From Vicugna vicugna (taxonomy: Eukaryota): DNA of 64,000 bases. Under the pieces are notes generated by a model. That model searched no databases. It worked only from the letters and a program-made list of their open reading frames with translations, and was not told where the DNA came from. Location: assembly GCA_013265495.1 (NCBI GenBank), contig MU058289.1, positions 1,733,451 to 1,797,450 of the forward strand. Direction: 5' to 3'. Below are positions 25,093 to 37,560 of this stretch, in pieces. Both the position numbers and the translations under genes were made by a program. Numbering within the stretch: the stretch's first letter is position 1; every line of letters starts with the position of its first letter.

Positions 25093-25997
25093 TTAAAATC
25101 TCACAGGAACTCAAGAATCGTATCACAAAAGTTAGCTCAGCTGGAGTCTAGTGGTACGTAAAAACAGAAGTGACTGAACTTGGTAACACTGCAATCTTTT
25201 AGCATCTTGTGGTTATTCCATTGCAGTTGGAATGCAAATACCTGAAACCCTGAATGTATTACAAGGCTGTGGCTAAATTTCTGATTTAGCATTCTGTAGG
25301 GAGTAATCACCCTACAAAGACAAAGAATGTTAAGGATTTAAGCTTCCAGGGAGAAAGAAGTAACCTAATTAATATGTTAAAATTTCCCTCTATCTCAATG
25401 AGGAAAATCAATGAATAAAATTCCTAAATAACCGATCCTATTCCACTGTAATTATTTAAAATATCCCAGTGCCATTAGATGGCATTTCCTCATTCTGGTA
25501 TGGCATTCCTTCTTGCTGAAGTCTGAGCTGCAGACAAAGGATGTCCTTCTTCCCTGCTTGGGTTAAAAACTGACCTAGGAAAGAAGTGAGAATCAGATGG
25601 ATGGAGATTGAGTATCACCTCTGTTACAGCAATGATATATTGAAATGAGTTACCAGAAATCCTGGCCAGGTGGATTCTCTAACTCCCTGCAGACAGTAAA
25701 CCTTGGAACTGTCCATATAAAGGCAAGTTTGGGTTGGCAGAGTGGACTCACTTAACCAGAAATTCTGCCATGAACTAATTCAAAGGGAAGAGAGCACTTC
25801 TGCTCATACATTTGAATAGATTAGCTCCATTTAGTCAAGGAATATGGACCATTGGCTATCACCCAATTTGTACCCCATTTCTAGCTAAGGTGAGTAGTAA
25901 AAGTTGGGATAAGAGGCCAGGAATATTTAAGGGAGACCCTCCTTTGGGGAACTGGGTACACAAGTTCCCTAAAGGATATCTTTATTCATTCATCTGA

Positions 25998-26546
25998 TGT
26001 GGTAGCCAGCCTCCAAGTTGGTCTCCAGTGATTTCCACCTCCCAGTATTCATACCCTGACGTAGAAGCCTCCCATAATGTACCAGAATTGGTGTGTGTGA
26101 CCAATAGTATTTGGCAGAAGTGAAAGAGTATTACTTCTAAGATTAGGTCATAAAAGATACTGTGGGTTCCACCTTGGGGGCTCTCTCTTGCTTTCTCCCT
26201 TGCTTTCTCTGGGGGAAGCCAGTTGCTGTGTTGTGGGCTGTACTAGGAAGAGCACTATGCAGAGAGGAACTGAAGCCTCCAGCCAATAGCCAGTGATAAA
26301 CTGAGGCCCAACAACAAGCATATGAGTGAGACTGGAAGTGGATTTCCCAACCCCAGTCGAGCCTTGTAAAGGTGGAAACCCAGGATAGCAGGTTGACTAT
26401 ACTTCATGAGAGTCTGAGCTAAAATGACCCAGCTAAGCTGCTCCCCTTTTCCTGATCCTCAGAACCTATATAGATGATAAATGTTTGTTGTCTTTAAGCT
26501 CCTAAGTTTTGGGGTAATTTCTTGGGCAGCAAAAGGTAACTAGAAT
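25998..26546 (+). mobile_element. MaLR solo LTR, MLT1F-like
   Basis: Starts tgtggtagccagcctccaag and ends taaatgtttgttgtctttaagctcctaagttttggggtaatttc...gcagcaaaaggtaactagaa. Confidence 0.85.
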
Positions 26547-26639
26547 GTTTAACTAACATTTATTTCACGTATCTGTCAGTTTTCAAGATGTGCCAAGCAC
26601 CATGGCAGTCCCAGTCCCCAAGATCTACTATGTAGATGG

Positions 26640-26790
26640 GGAAGTGGTGGTGTGCACTGCTCTTCATGGGCTTTCCTTACAGCAACTCAGTGAAGCCAGT
26701 GAACTGATTCTGATCTTACAGATGAGGGAACTATGACTCAGAGAGATTAAACATCATGCTCAAGGCTAGCAGTTGATCAGTTATACTAAA
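26640..26790 (-). mobile_element. MIR SINE fragment
   Basis: Core ttacagatgagggaactatgactcagagagattaa...gctcaagg. Confidence 0.6.
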
Positions 26791-28339
26791 ATAACTAATA
26801 AAAGTTAAGTTTTGGTTGCCCACACTGTGTTGCAAGTTTCACTTATCCTGCTACTCCACTGAGGATGCAGAGGTAGTGAAGTCTCATTGCTACAGGCTCC
26901 AGCGTGGCAGTCTGGCACGTGGGCCTCGCCAGGAGCAGGGAACCCCGTCTCTCCGTGCATCTTAGGATGCCCGCTGGAGAACAGTTGTCTTGTGCTTGCC
27001 TTCATGGGTCATGCATCCACGGAAAAGCCTACGGTGGCATGAAGTGTTGGCTGGGAAGTGGTCACCTACTTGTGATGCAGAAATCCATTTTAAAGCAGCC
27101 CCCATTTAAAGATAGTCTTGGCAACTGGCAGGGGTCGAGATGCCAGATGTCTTGAGGAGATTGGCGTGCAGAGTGGATAGCTGTGATCCAGCATCATTTA
27201 GCTTTTTTTCATGTTTGTCTCTTGGATGTTGAGGTTGCTTTATTTGTTCTTGGTTTTTAGTGAGTAGCAGTATGGAAATTTTAATGTACAAAATTTTAAG
27301 TGCCGTCAAATGTATGAAGCCTTTGGGGAGCGTTATAGTGGCCACCAGATAAATGAATTAGCATAGTAATTGAATAGTACCATGTAATTAATTTTGACCC
27401 TTCATCTGTATAGCTTGAAAACAGACTCACCCATCACCAAATAACCGAATTAAGAAATTTTACTTTCATCAAAATGCAGAGAGTATTGTAAGTTAAGAAA
27501 GATTCTTTGCAGCTGCTGAATAATAACTGCATTTAAGAATTTTCGAAAGTTGAAGGAATTTAAATCTTTAGACAGACGGTTATATCAGGTTTGATTATCC
27601 ATATTTTTGCTATGAATATATTTATTTATGAATAAATAGGTTGTATCAATTAACAGTATAACAGCTGGAACAATAACAGTGAAAATTAATGTCTTTGCAT
27701 ATGATTTCTTGTCTTGGTTGGAGTTCTTGTCTTCCTTGGGTTTATATTTCAAATTGGGCTGTTTTGGTTATCATGGATGATGAAAATGCAGCTGGTAGAC
27801 AGTTCTGTAAGGGAGGAGAAAAGGTAAGGGCAGTTCTCTAAAGCCAGGATTGGTAAAGATTAATGTTACTGACTAGATTATATTTAGGTCAGCTTCAGCA
27901 CAAATCAGTCGTCATGTTTATAAAAAAGGACCATATCTCCTCTTACTTCCCCAATCCCACCCCATCCCCCAACAGCAATTTTTCCTTCATTTTGCTCTGC
28001 TTGGTGAGACCTGGTCTGCCGCGTGTTGTTTTCCTAAGCAAGTCAGGAATGGGCATCCTGTACTGCTCAGAATTTTATTAGAAAGACACCAGCCTGTGAA
28101 AACATTGCTTCTTCGATTTAACTGCCTTGGGTTTTTCTGCAGAAGTGTTTCAGAATATATGATTTGTGAGAAATTTAATGATTTTGAACTTTTTTTGAAA
28201 ATCAGTATCAAACTAAGGTTATCTAAATCTTTTCTAAGTGCACATCTTATGACATATTCTGGCTCACATCTCTTATCTTATGAAATCATCTTAGTCCATT
28301 CTAACACTCAGTAACCTCTGAACCATAGCAATAATTGTT

Positions 28340-28760
28340 TGTTCATTCATTAATTTAAGAAACACCTGTTGAATACCTATTATGGGCTAGCATCTATGCT
28401 AGAAAAATATATTCTGTGGTTTTTGTAGGGCCTGATATAACAAATAGATGATGTACAGTGCAGTGAGGGTAAGCCCTGTAGTGTTTGTGGACAGACTAGG
28501 AGCAAGTACCCACATTTGAGTTGTGGGTGGCTTCTTGAAAAACTGGTGCCTAAGCTGAGAGAAAAGATTATGCACAAAAGACAGGGAGATGTGAGAATGC
28601 TGTGCAGACAGTAAGGCTAGAGAAGAGCAGAAAGTCTTTGGGTATCAAACTAAGGAGTTTCCATGTGATTGTGAAAGCAGTGAGAAGCCGTTAAAGATGT
28701 ATAAGGAGTAAAGCGAAATGATCTGGTTGGTGTTTCAGAAACATCGCTCTACAGGGTGTC
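28340..28760 (-). mobile_element. L2 fragments
   Basis: ttcattcattaatttaagaaacacctgttgaatacctattatg tail and gagaagccgttaaagatg...atgatctggttggtgtttcagaaacatcgctct. Confidence 0.55.
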
Positions 28761-30344
28761 CACTATTAGTGGTGCAATGGCTGAGATACCCTGGCCAACC
28801 TTCCTACTGAAAACAACTAGAAATGCCAGATGAAAACAATTTTTAAATAAATTATTAAATGAATCAATGAGCTGGCAGGAAAGTAAGAAGCACTCGAACC
28901 AAAAAGCAAGTTAAGAGGGAAACTCAGAAAGGGAAGTTTAAATACTTCTCTTTTACCTTGAGGGTATTTGCTGAGTAAGATGAAATTGAAGTTTGATTTT
29001 TATTTCTTTTTTGGCTGTGGAGTGCAGGACTCAGCTTGGGGCCTATCCAAAATAGGGAGTCTAATAGGAGACCTCCATCATAATGGAGACCCCAGAGATT
29101 ATACCCTCAAATCAAGGACAAACTAGAAACAAACCCACCCTCCTACCCCAGGGAAGTTCATGGAAAATTATCAACCTTGAAACGTAGTGATAAGAGAGGA
29201 TGGGAATCAATCTCTCCTGAATGTTTAGAACCACAAACAAGTCAAGTCTTCATACAAATTTATACCCCAAATTCACATTAGCTAGGTGGGTTGGAAAAAA
29301 AACATCAACCTGAGATTTACTGAAGTTTCAGTATAAAATATTCCCATTCTGCTAGTACTCCAGAACAATAGACAGAAACAAGTGAAAATCTTCTCTCAAA
29401 GAACTCACCTTCCTTGTGAGCGCCAAGAATTTACCTAGGTGAAGTTCTAGAAAAATATGAGCACACAGTAAAACTGAACAAACAGACACATACACAAAAT
29501 CTACCAAAGGGAAAGTATCATAAGAAAGAGTCAGCAGAATCAGACAAACAAAGGTTATAGAGTAATGTAAATTTATATTAAATATATGACAACAACATCA
29601 ACACAGCCTCGATGGGAGAAATGGGAGTATACTATTGTAAAATTTTTATTCTATATGAAACAGCACAATGTCTTTTGAAGGCAGATTATGATAAGTTAAA
29701 TATATATTATTATAAACTCTAGAGCAAACACTAAAATAACAAAACAGAGTTATGTCTAATAAGCCCACAAAAGAGATAAAATGGAATCATAATAAAAACA
29801 TTTAATTAATTCAAGAGAAGACAGAAAAAGAGAGAAAGAGGAACAAAGAACAGAAGGAACAAATAGAAAACAAGTAGCAAGATGACAGACTTAAATCTAA
29901 CCATATTAATAATCACATTAAATGTAAATGGTCTAAACACCTCAATGAAAAGGCAGAGAGTCTCCGAGTGGAGAAAAAAGATCCAAATATATCTTATTTA
30001 CTAGAAACATATTTCAAATATAAAGACACAAATGGGTTAAAACTAAAAAATGAAAAAAGATATACCATGCTAACACTAGTTGAAAGAAGGTTGGGTTGGC
30101 TGTGTTACTATCAGACAAAATAGATTTCAGATAAAAAATACTAGCAGGGATTATTATTTCATAATGATAAAATTGTCATCTAAGCAAGAAGAATGAACTA
30201 TCCTAGATATTTATGCACCCAATAACAAAGCTTCAAAATATATGAAGCAAAAACTGATAGAACTGCAAGAAGATAGAGACAAATCTACAATTATAGTTGG
30301 GAATTTCAATGCTTCTTTATCAGTGATTCATTAGGCCCTTTTGG

Positions 30345-30410
30345 AGGCTGAGATTCTGCATTTCAAACAAGCTCCCAGGTGATGCCAATGTTGCATCTGA
30401 ATAGCAAGAT
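30345..30410. mobile_element. MER5A-like hAT fragment
   Basis: ctgcatttcaaacaagctcccaggtgatgc...tgaatagcaag. Confidence 0.6.
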
Positions 30411-30531
30411 ACTAGAAGGTAAATCAGGAAAAAATACCCAGAATGAGCTACAGAAAGGAGAAATACAGAAGGGTAAGAGGTATATGGATATAGTGAGAAA
30501 GTTCAACATATACACATAAAATTACATATAC

Positions 30532-30533
<2 letters not shown>

Positions 30534-30562
<29 letters not shown>

Positions 30563-30586
30563 GTTTTATATATATATATATATATA
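30534..30586. repeat. Compound (TA)n(CA)n microsatellite
   Basis: Directly visible. Confidence 0.95.
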
Positions 30587-30743
30587 AAGTTAGATTCCAA
30601 GAAGAGGTGAGAGAGAATGTAACAGAAGTAATATTTGAAGAGACAATAATAGCTCAGAATTTGTTTAAAAGCCATTAAGCCATAGATTCATGAAGACTGA
30701 ATACTCCATGTAGGGTAAAAATAAATACAGCTACACCTTCTAA

Positions 30744-32084
30744 CCCACACAACTATGGTCAATTGATCTTTGACAAAGGAGGCAAGTAAGTACAATGGAG
30801 AAAAGACAGTCTCTTTGGTAAGTAGTGTTAGGAAAGCTGGACAGCCGTATGTAAATCAATAAAGTTAGAACAGTCCCTCATACCTTACACAAAAATAGAC
30901 TCAAAATGGCTTAAAGACTTAAACATAAGACGGGACACCATAAATCTCTTAGGAGTGAATGTAAGCAAAACATTCTCTGACATAAACCATAGTAATGTTT
31001 TCCTAAATCAGTCCGCCAAGGCAATAGAAAAAAAATAAAAAATAAATAAATAGGACCTAATTAAGCTGTATAAGCTTTTGCACAGCAAAGGAAACTATAA
31101 ACAAAACAAAAAGACGACCTATGGAATGGGAGAAGATATTTGCAAATGATGAGACTGATAAGGGCTTAATTCCCAGAATTTATAAACAGCTCACACAATT
31201 CAGTAACAACAGCAACAAAAAAACCTCAATCAAAAAATGGGCAGAAGACCTAAACAGATATTTCTCCACTGAAGACATACAGATGGTCAATAGGCACATG
31301 AAAAGACACTCAGTATTGCTAATTATCAGAGAAATGCATATCAAAACTACAATGAGGTATCACCTCACATTGGCCAGAATGGCCATCATTAAAAAGCTCA
31401 CAAATGATAAATGCTGGAGAGGGTGTGGAGAAAAGTGAACCCTTCCATATTGCTGGTGAGGATGTAATTTGGTGCATCCACTATGGAAAACAGAATGGAG
31501 ATTCCTTAAAAAACTAAAAATAGACTTACCATATGATCCAGCAATTGCACTCCTAGGCATATATCTGGAGAAAACTAATTAAAAAAGATACATGCACCCA
31601 AATGTTCATAGAAGCACTATTTACAAAAGCCAAGGCATGGAAGCATCCTAAATGTCCACTGATAGATGATTGGATAAAGAAGTTGTGGTATGTATCTATT
31701 AGAATACTTCTCAGCCAGAATGAAAAAATGAAATAATGCCATTTGCAGCAACATGGATGGACCTAGAGATTATTATACGAAGTGAAGTAAGTCAGAGAGA
31801 AAGACAAATATCATATGATATCACTTCTATGTGGTATACAAAAAAATGACACAAATGAACTTATTTGCAAAACAGAAACAGACTCACAGAAATAGGAAAC
31901 CAACTATGGTTACCAAAGGGGAAGGCAGGAGGAGGGATAAAATGGGAGTTTGGGATTTGCAGATACCAAGTACTATCTATAAAATAGATAAAAAAAATAA
32001 GGTCCTACTGTATAGCACAGGGAACTATATTCAATATCTTGTAATAACTTATAGTGAAAAAGAATATTTGAATATATGTGTGTG

Positions 32085-32117
<33 letters not shown>

Positions 32118-32203
32118 ATATATATCTGAATCATTATGCTGTACTCTGGAAAAAGATCTGGCATTGTAAATCAAATATACTTCAATAAAAAACAACAAAA
32201 AAA
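30744..32203 (+). mobile_element. 5'-truncated lineage-specific L1 (ORF2 C-terminus, 3' UTR, A-tail), disrupted ORF
   Basis: ORF 31121-31438 (WEKIFAND...KTTMRYHLT...CWRGCGEK) is ORF2. aataaa and A-tail at ~32185-32203. TSD core accttctaa at 30735-30743 and 32208-32216. Confidence 0.92.
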
Positions 32204-34933
32204 TCATACCTTCTAATACATATATTTTAAGAACTGTTAAAAACTAAAGACAAAGAGAAGGTATTTAAAGCAGCTACAGAGAAAATAAATATTACTTTTA
32301 AAGGGGTGATAATTAGACTGATGGTTGAGTTGTCAACAGACAAAAATGGAAATGGGCCTCAAATTCTATGAAGCAAAAATTGACAAAACTACTAATAGAA
32401 ATATATAAATCCTTATTCATAGAGGAAGATTTTAAAATCTCTTAGTATCTAATAGAACAAGCAGGCAAAAAAAGATACAGCAACAGAATTGTTGATACAC
32501 TTGACCTAATTGGTTTTTATAAGTTGTGTAACCAACAGCTGCAGAATAAACATTCTTTTCAAGCATACTTAAGAATATTTTTGAAACATTGACCATATAC
32601 TGAGCCATAAATTTCAAAGGATTGATTCCTAATAGAGTCTGTTCTCTGTCAACCTTACAACTAAGGTAGACATAGTTTTTAAAAAAAATAACTAGAAAAA
32701 TCCCCATATTTTTAGAAATTTAAGTATTCATATAATATTCATAGCCTCTCTATAAAGTCTGTAAGAGCTATAGTGACATCTCCTTTTTCATTCCTGAAAG
32801 CAGTTATCTGTTCCTTTCTTCTTTTTTATATTGTTAGGAGTTCATGCATTTTATTAGTCTTTTCAAAGAACAACTTTTGCCTTTGTTGATTTTTTTTATG
32901 GTGTGCTGGTTCTATATTTTATTAACTTCTACTCTTTTATTATTTATTTCCTTGAACTTTCCTTTGGTTTAATCTTTTTCCTAATGCCTTGAGTTGGATG
33001 CTTGGTTCATTGACTTGTAAGTTTTCTTTTTCTTTAATATATGCATTTAAAGCAAAATTTTCCTTTAGACATGGTTTTAGATGTACTTTGCTACACTGGT
33101 AAGAATTTTTTCATTAATTAATCAAAACATTTTCTAATTTCCACTGTAATTTCGTCTATGACTCCTGAGTTATTATTTTTCAAACACAGAAGAATTTTCT
33201 AGTTGTCTTATTACTGCTTTTTAGCCTGATTACATTATAATTGGGAAGTATCTTCTATGATTTCTGACATCAAATAATGTCAGTTGAAACTTGCTTTAGA
33301 TGTATTCTTTAATTGAATCCAGTGTTCACTTTCATTAAGCCAAATTTGTTATTGTGTTGTTCAAATCTGTACATTTACTGATTATTTTTTTTCTGCCTCT
33401 TTTATCTGATACTGAGAGCTGTGTTAAAATCTACCAAGACTATCATTCATCTATTTCCCCTTAGAGTTCTTCCAAATTTTATTTTTTATACTGAGTCTAT
33501 ATTAATTAGTTTCATGCAAATTTAGAATTACTTCCCCTCCCGCATTAATTGAACTGTGTATCATGAATTGTTTGTTTTTATCTATGGTAATACTTTTTGT
33601 CTTCCTTGATCTACTAATATTAACATAGCCACACAGCTTTTTTTTTGGTTAGTGTTTGCAGGGTGTATCTTTTTTCCACCCTTTTATTTTCAACTTTCCT
33701 GTGTCCTTACATTTTAGATGTAATTCTTGTAAATCATATATAGTTGATTTTTTAAAAAATTAGTGGCCCTTCATCTTTTAATTTGTCTTTGCCATGTAAT
33801 TGTCTTTTTAATTGGAACATTTAATCCATTTATATTGTTTCTATTACCAATATATTGAGTTTTAAGTCTGCCATCTTATACAATGTTTTCTATTTGTCCT
33901 GCATGGAGAATGTTCCCCCTTTTCTTCTTTCCTAACTTTTTTGTATTAATCAATTACTTTCTATAATTCCATTTCCTCCTCAGTTAGCCTAACTGTTAGA
34001 GTGCACTCTTTTAAACACTTTTTTAGTGTTTATCCTTTACTGTTTACATGTGTACTTGACTTATATAATTCTAATATTAATTAATACCTTTATCCCTTCC
34101 CAGAAAAATGCAAGAATCCTAGAGTTTTCAAACTTTTTGCCCCTTTACTAGCTTAAATGCCACAGTTGCCTAATAGGTCTGCTCTCTATATAATGTAACC
34201 CCGACAATACATTATTATTTGACACAGACAATATTGATTTAACCACGTGTATATTGCTCGTTATTCTTCCCTGCCTCTATCTGGGACTATTTCCTTTTGT
34301 GTGAAAAGCATTCTTTACTATTTCCTTTAGTACAATTCTACTGGCATTAAATCTTTTTTTTTTTTTTTGTATGAAAATGTTCTTTTTCACCTTCATTTCT
34401 GAAGGCCAGTTTGCTGGATATAGACTTCTAACCTGGCAGTCTTTTTTTTTTTTTTTTTTTTTAATTTTGAAGGTATTATTTCACAGTCTTACGGCTTCAT
34501 TGGTTCTGTTGAGAAGTCATCTATTCAGTCTAACTGTTGCTTCTTTAAAACCAATCATTTTTCTCTGTCCAGTTAAAATTTTTTCTCTTCCTTTTTTGTT
34601 TAGTAGTTTTATTATGATGGGTTTAGGTATGGATTTCTTTGTACTTATTCTCATAAGTGTTCTTAGGACTTCCTGAGTTGATGGATTGATGTTTTTCAAC
34701 AATTTTGGTAAGTTATAAGCCATTATTATTCTCCCTTCTTCCTGGACTTCAGTTACTGGTGTGTTAGACCTCCTTTCTGTGTCTTCTGTATGTCTTACCC
34801 TCTCTTTAAATTTTTCCAACCTGTTATCTCTCCATGATTAAGCCTGAATATTTTCTTCTGCTTTATCTTCTAGTTTATTAATTCTCTCTTTATTTGTGTA
34901 TAGACTGCTGAATAATCTATTCACTGAATTCTT

Positions 34934-35493
34934 TTTTTAAAATTAATTTTATTATTTTTATTGAAGTATATGTAGTCAGTTTACAATGTTGTGTCAATTT
35001 CTGTTGTACAACATGTTTCAGTCATACATCTACATATATATATTTATTTTCATGTTCTTTTTCATTATAGGTTACTACAAGATACTGAATACAGTTCCCT
35101 GTGCTGTACAGAAGCAACTTGTTATTTATCTGTTTTATATATAGTAGTTAGTATCCGCAAATCTCAAGCTCCCAATTTATCCCTTCTCACCCTCTTCCAC
35201 CTTATGTTTTTCTGTGTCTATGAGTCTGTTTCTGTTTTGTAATTAAGTTTATTTTTGTCTTTTTAAAAGATTCCACATATGAATGACATCATATGGTATT
35301 TTTCTTTCTCTTTCTGGCTTACTTCAGTTAGAATGACGATCTCCAATCCATCCATGTTGCTACAAATGGCACTATTTTGTGTGTTTCTTATGGCTGAGTA
35401 GTATTCCATTGTATATATACCCACAACTTCTTTATCTGGTTATCTGTTGATGGACATGTAGATGGTTTCTGGGTTTTGACTATTGTAAATAGC
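34934..35493 (-). mobile_element. Young 5'-truncated L1 3' end (560 bp)
   Basis: Perfect 15-bp TSD attcactgaattctt at 34919-34933 and 35494-35508. Contains the ORF2 C-terminus and 3' UTR in antisense. Confidence 0.92.
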
Positions 35494-35640
35494 ATTCACT
35501 GAATTCTTAATTCAGGTCATTTTTATTTTTCAATTCTTGAATATTTTTTCTTTTTGTTTCCAGATCATTGCTGAAATTCGCAAATCTTACCTTTCATCTG
35601 CTTGAGCATAGTAAGTATCATTATTTTAAAGTCTGTGTCT

Positions 35641-35687
35641 AAAAACAAACAAACAAACAAAACCAAAACAAACAAACAAACAAAAAT
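35641..35687 (+). repeat. (AAAC)n-like tract flanked by a 13-bp TSD (tail-only retro-insertion)
   Basis: aaagtctgtgtct at 35628-35640 and 35688-35700, preceded by tttt (TTTT/AAA endonuclease-type site). Confidence 0.8.
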
Positions 35688-36439
35688 AAAGTCTGTGTCT
35701 GATAGCTTCAACATCTGAAGCTCCTATGCATCTGCTCCTATTGACTATTATTTCTATTGATTCTTAGTCATGCTGTCTTATTTTCCTGTGGTCTGCTTAA
35801 TTTTTATTAGGTTTTGGACATTGTGTGTGCAATATTGTTCATTGAAAGTTCTGAGGCCTAGGATCATGTTAGTTTCCTTGAGAGCAGATTTGTTTTTGCT
35901 TCTGCCAGACAGGTGTGGGCATTAGCCATCCAGAATTACTTTAATAAAGTTTCAGGGCTTGATAGGATTTGTAGCTGAGTTGAAGTCCTTGAAAGAGCCA
36001 CATATTATGGTTCACACTGATGCCCAGGATGTAGACTTTCATGGTCCCATGCCCAATTATTAGAAGCTCACTAGTCTTCTCCCTACTTGGCAGGCCTGAA
36101 TACCAATCACTCTCACACTCGAGGCTGTCAACATTATAGTTTAATCTCTTGGATTCTCAGTTTTTCCACCTCAGAATTGGGAAATGCCTCCCAGAGGAAA
36201 GTGGCCCCAAATGCTGTGCTTTACTCCCAGGGTCTCTGTTCTTTCCCAGATTCTATCCTGGTGACTCTTTACTATCATGGTGGAGCTCTTTGGTGCTTTG
36301 AAGCAGGTTTCATTTTTATTTTTATTTTCCAGATTTTCTAATTGTTTTTTGTGGTGGGGTTAGTGGGACCTAGTGCACCAGTACTTGAAGTACTAGAAGT
36401 GCTTTGCTTAGTTTTTTTTTCCTTCAAAATTGACTTGTC

Positions 36440-37560
36440 TTGAAAAAAGAAAGTGAACCTCTATTTTACTTCATATAGAATAATATATTCAACATGAATA
36501 AAGGCCAAAATAAGAAAAGCAAACATTAGACTTTCAGTGGAAAATGGAGGATTCTGTCCTGGTAATCTTAAGTACTCAGGAAGCATATGTAAAGGACATA
36601 ACTGATAAATTAGACCAAAATAAAATTTAAGTTCATAAGAACAAAAGTCACTAAAACTAATCGTAAAATGCAAGCCCATTTCCAAAAAGATTTTTAAACC
36701 TCCATAACTGACCAAAGATTTGTATCCAGAATACATTTTTTAAAAAAAGAAATAAAGAAATCCCATAGGAAAAAGAATGGCAAAAGATACCAACGATCAT
36801 CTGAAGAAGATGCTTTAGTGACCAATATGCGTATGAAAAGATCCTCAACTTGCCAGTAATCAGGGAGCTCAAAATTAAAACAAAGAAATGTTTCATGCCC
36901 ATCATATTGTCAAAATTAAAAAAAAAATCTTACAAGCCTTTGAAACATATTGGAGAGATAAGAAGTCACCCTGTAAGCCAGAGGACAAATGAAAACATGC
37001 AGTTGTGCTTTGGAAGGCAATATCTACTGAAAGTTGAATGCATGCACTTGTTTTGACTCAGCCATCTCAAACCTAGTTATAAACCCTTGAGCTACTCATG
37101 CACATAAGGTGACTTATATCAGGGTCTGTATTGCAGCACTATTAGTGGTGATAAAAAATGGGAAACAACCTGTGTATCCATCAATAGGAAAATGAGTTTA
37201 AAACTGAGATATTTTATGTGATAGGTTAATACAAAGCAGTTAAAATTACTGTTTGTATCTGTGTGCATCAACATGGATAAATCTTGAGAATGTATTGATG
37301 AAAGGAAAACATGTTGAATGCTGATGTGCAGTGTGACATAATGCAAAGTTTAAAAGTAAGGAAAACAATACTATACATTCTTTAAAAATATATACAGAAG
37401 TTGTAAAGATACAACAACAGGACCAGAAAGGATACACACCAACTTCCAGTTACCTCTGGGGAAGAAGGGGAGAGTGAGATGGTAGGAGAAAATGGGGGCT
37501 TTCCCTCTAGTGGTAATGTTTTATTTCTTAAACAACAAAAGCAAACGACAAAGAACTTGA
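36440..37560 (+). mobile_element. Old L1M 3' part (ORF2 C-terminus and 3' UTR), decayed
   Basis: ccagtaatcagggagctcaaaattaaaacaa, gggaaacaacctgtgtatccatcaatagg and catcaacatggataaatctt. Confidence 0.7.

Larger units (their letters stand above)
28765..32720 (+). mobile_element. Old L1M 5'-half mosaic (5' region, ORF1, endonuclease)
   Basis: The endonuclease start ataatcacattaaatgtaaatggtctaaacac (IITLNVNGLN) lies at ~29910-29940. ORF1 motifs at 30600-30740 resume at 32216. Interrupted by MER5 and a younger L1. Confidence 0.75.
32730..36400 (-). mobile_element. Old L1M 5' half (ORF2 N-terminal part, ORF1, 5' region)
   Basis: ORF 34517-34819 (RRSN...PKPIIIKLLNKKGREKIL...TVRL) is degenerate ORF1. 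Antisense ORF2 motifs at 32760-33700. Confidence 0.75.

Noticed and set aside
31121..31438. 105-aa ORF (and similar ORFs at 41047-41403, 40815-41003, 46817-47116, 19476-19661)
   Set aside because: Fragments of disrupted L1 ORF2, not host genes.
37499..37514. Minus-strand ccactagaggg CTCF-like match
   Set aside because: Partial match lying in a decayed L1 3' UTR. Too weak to report.
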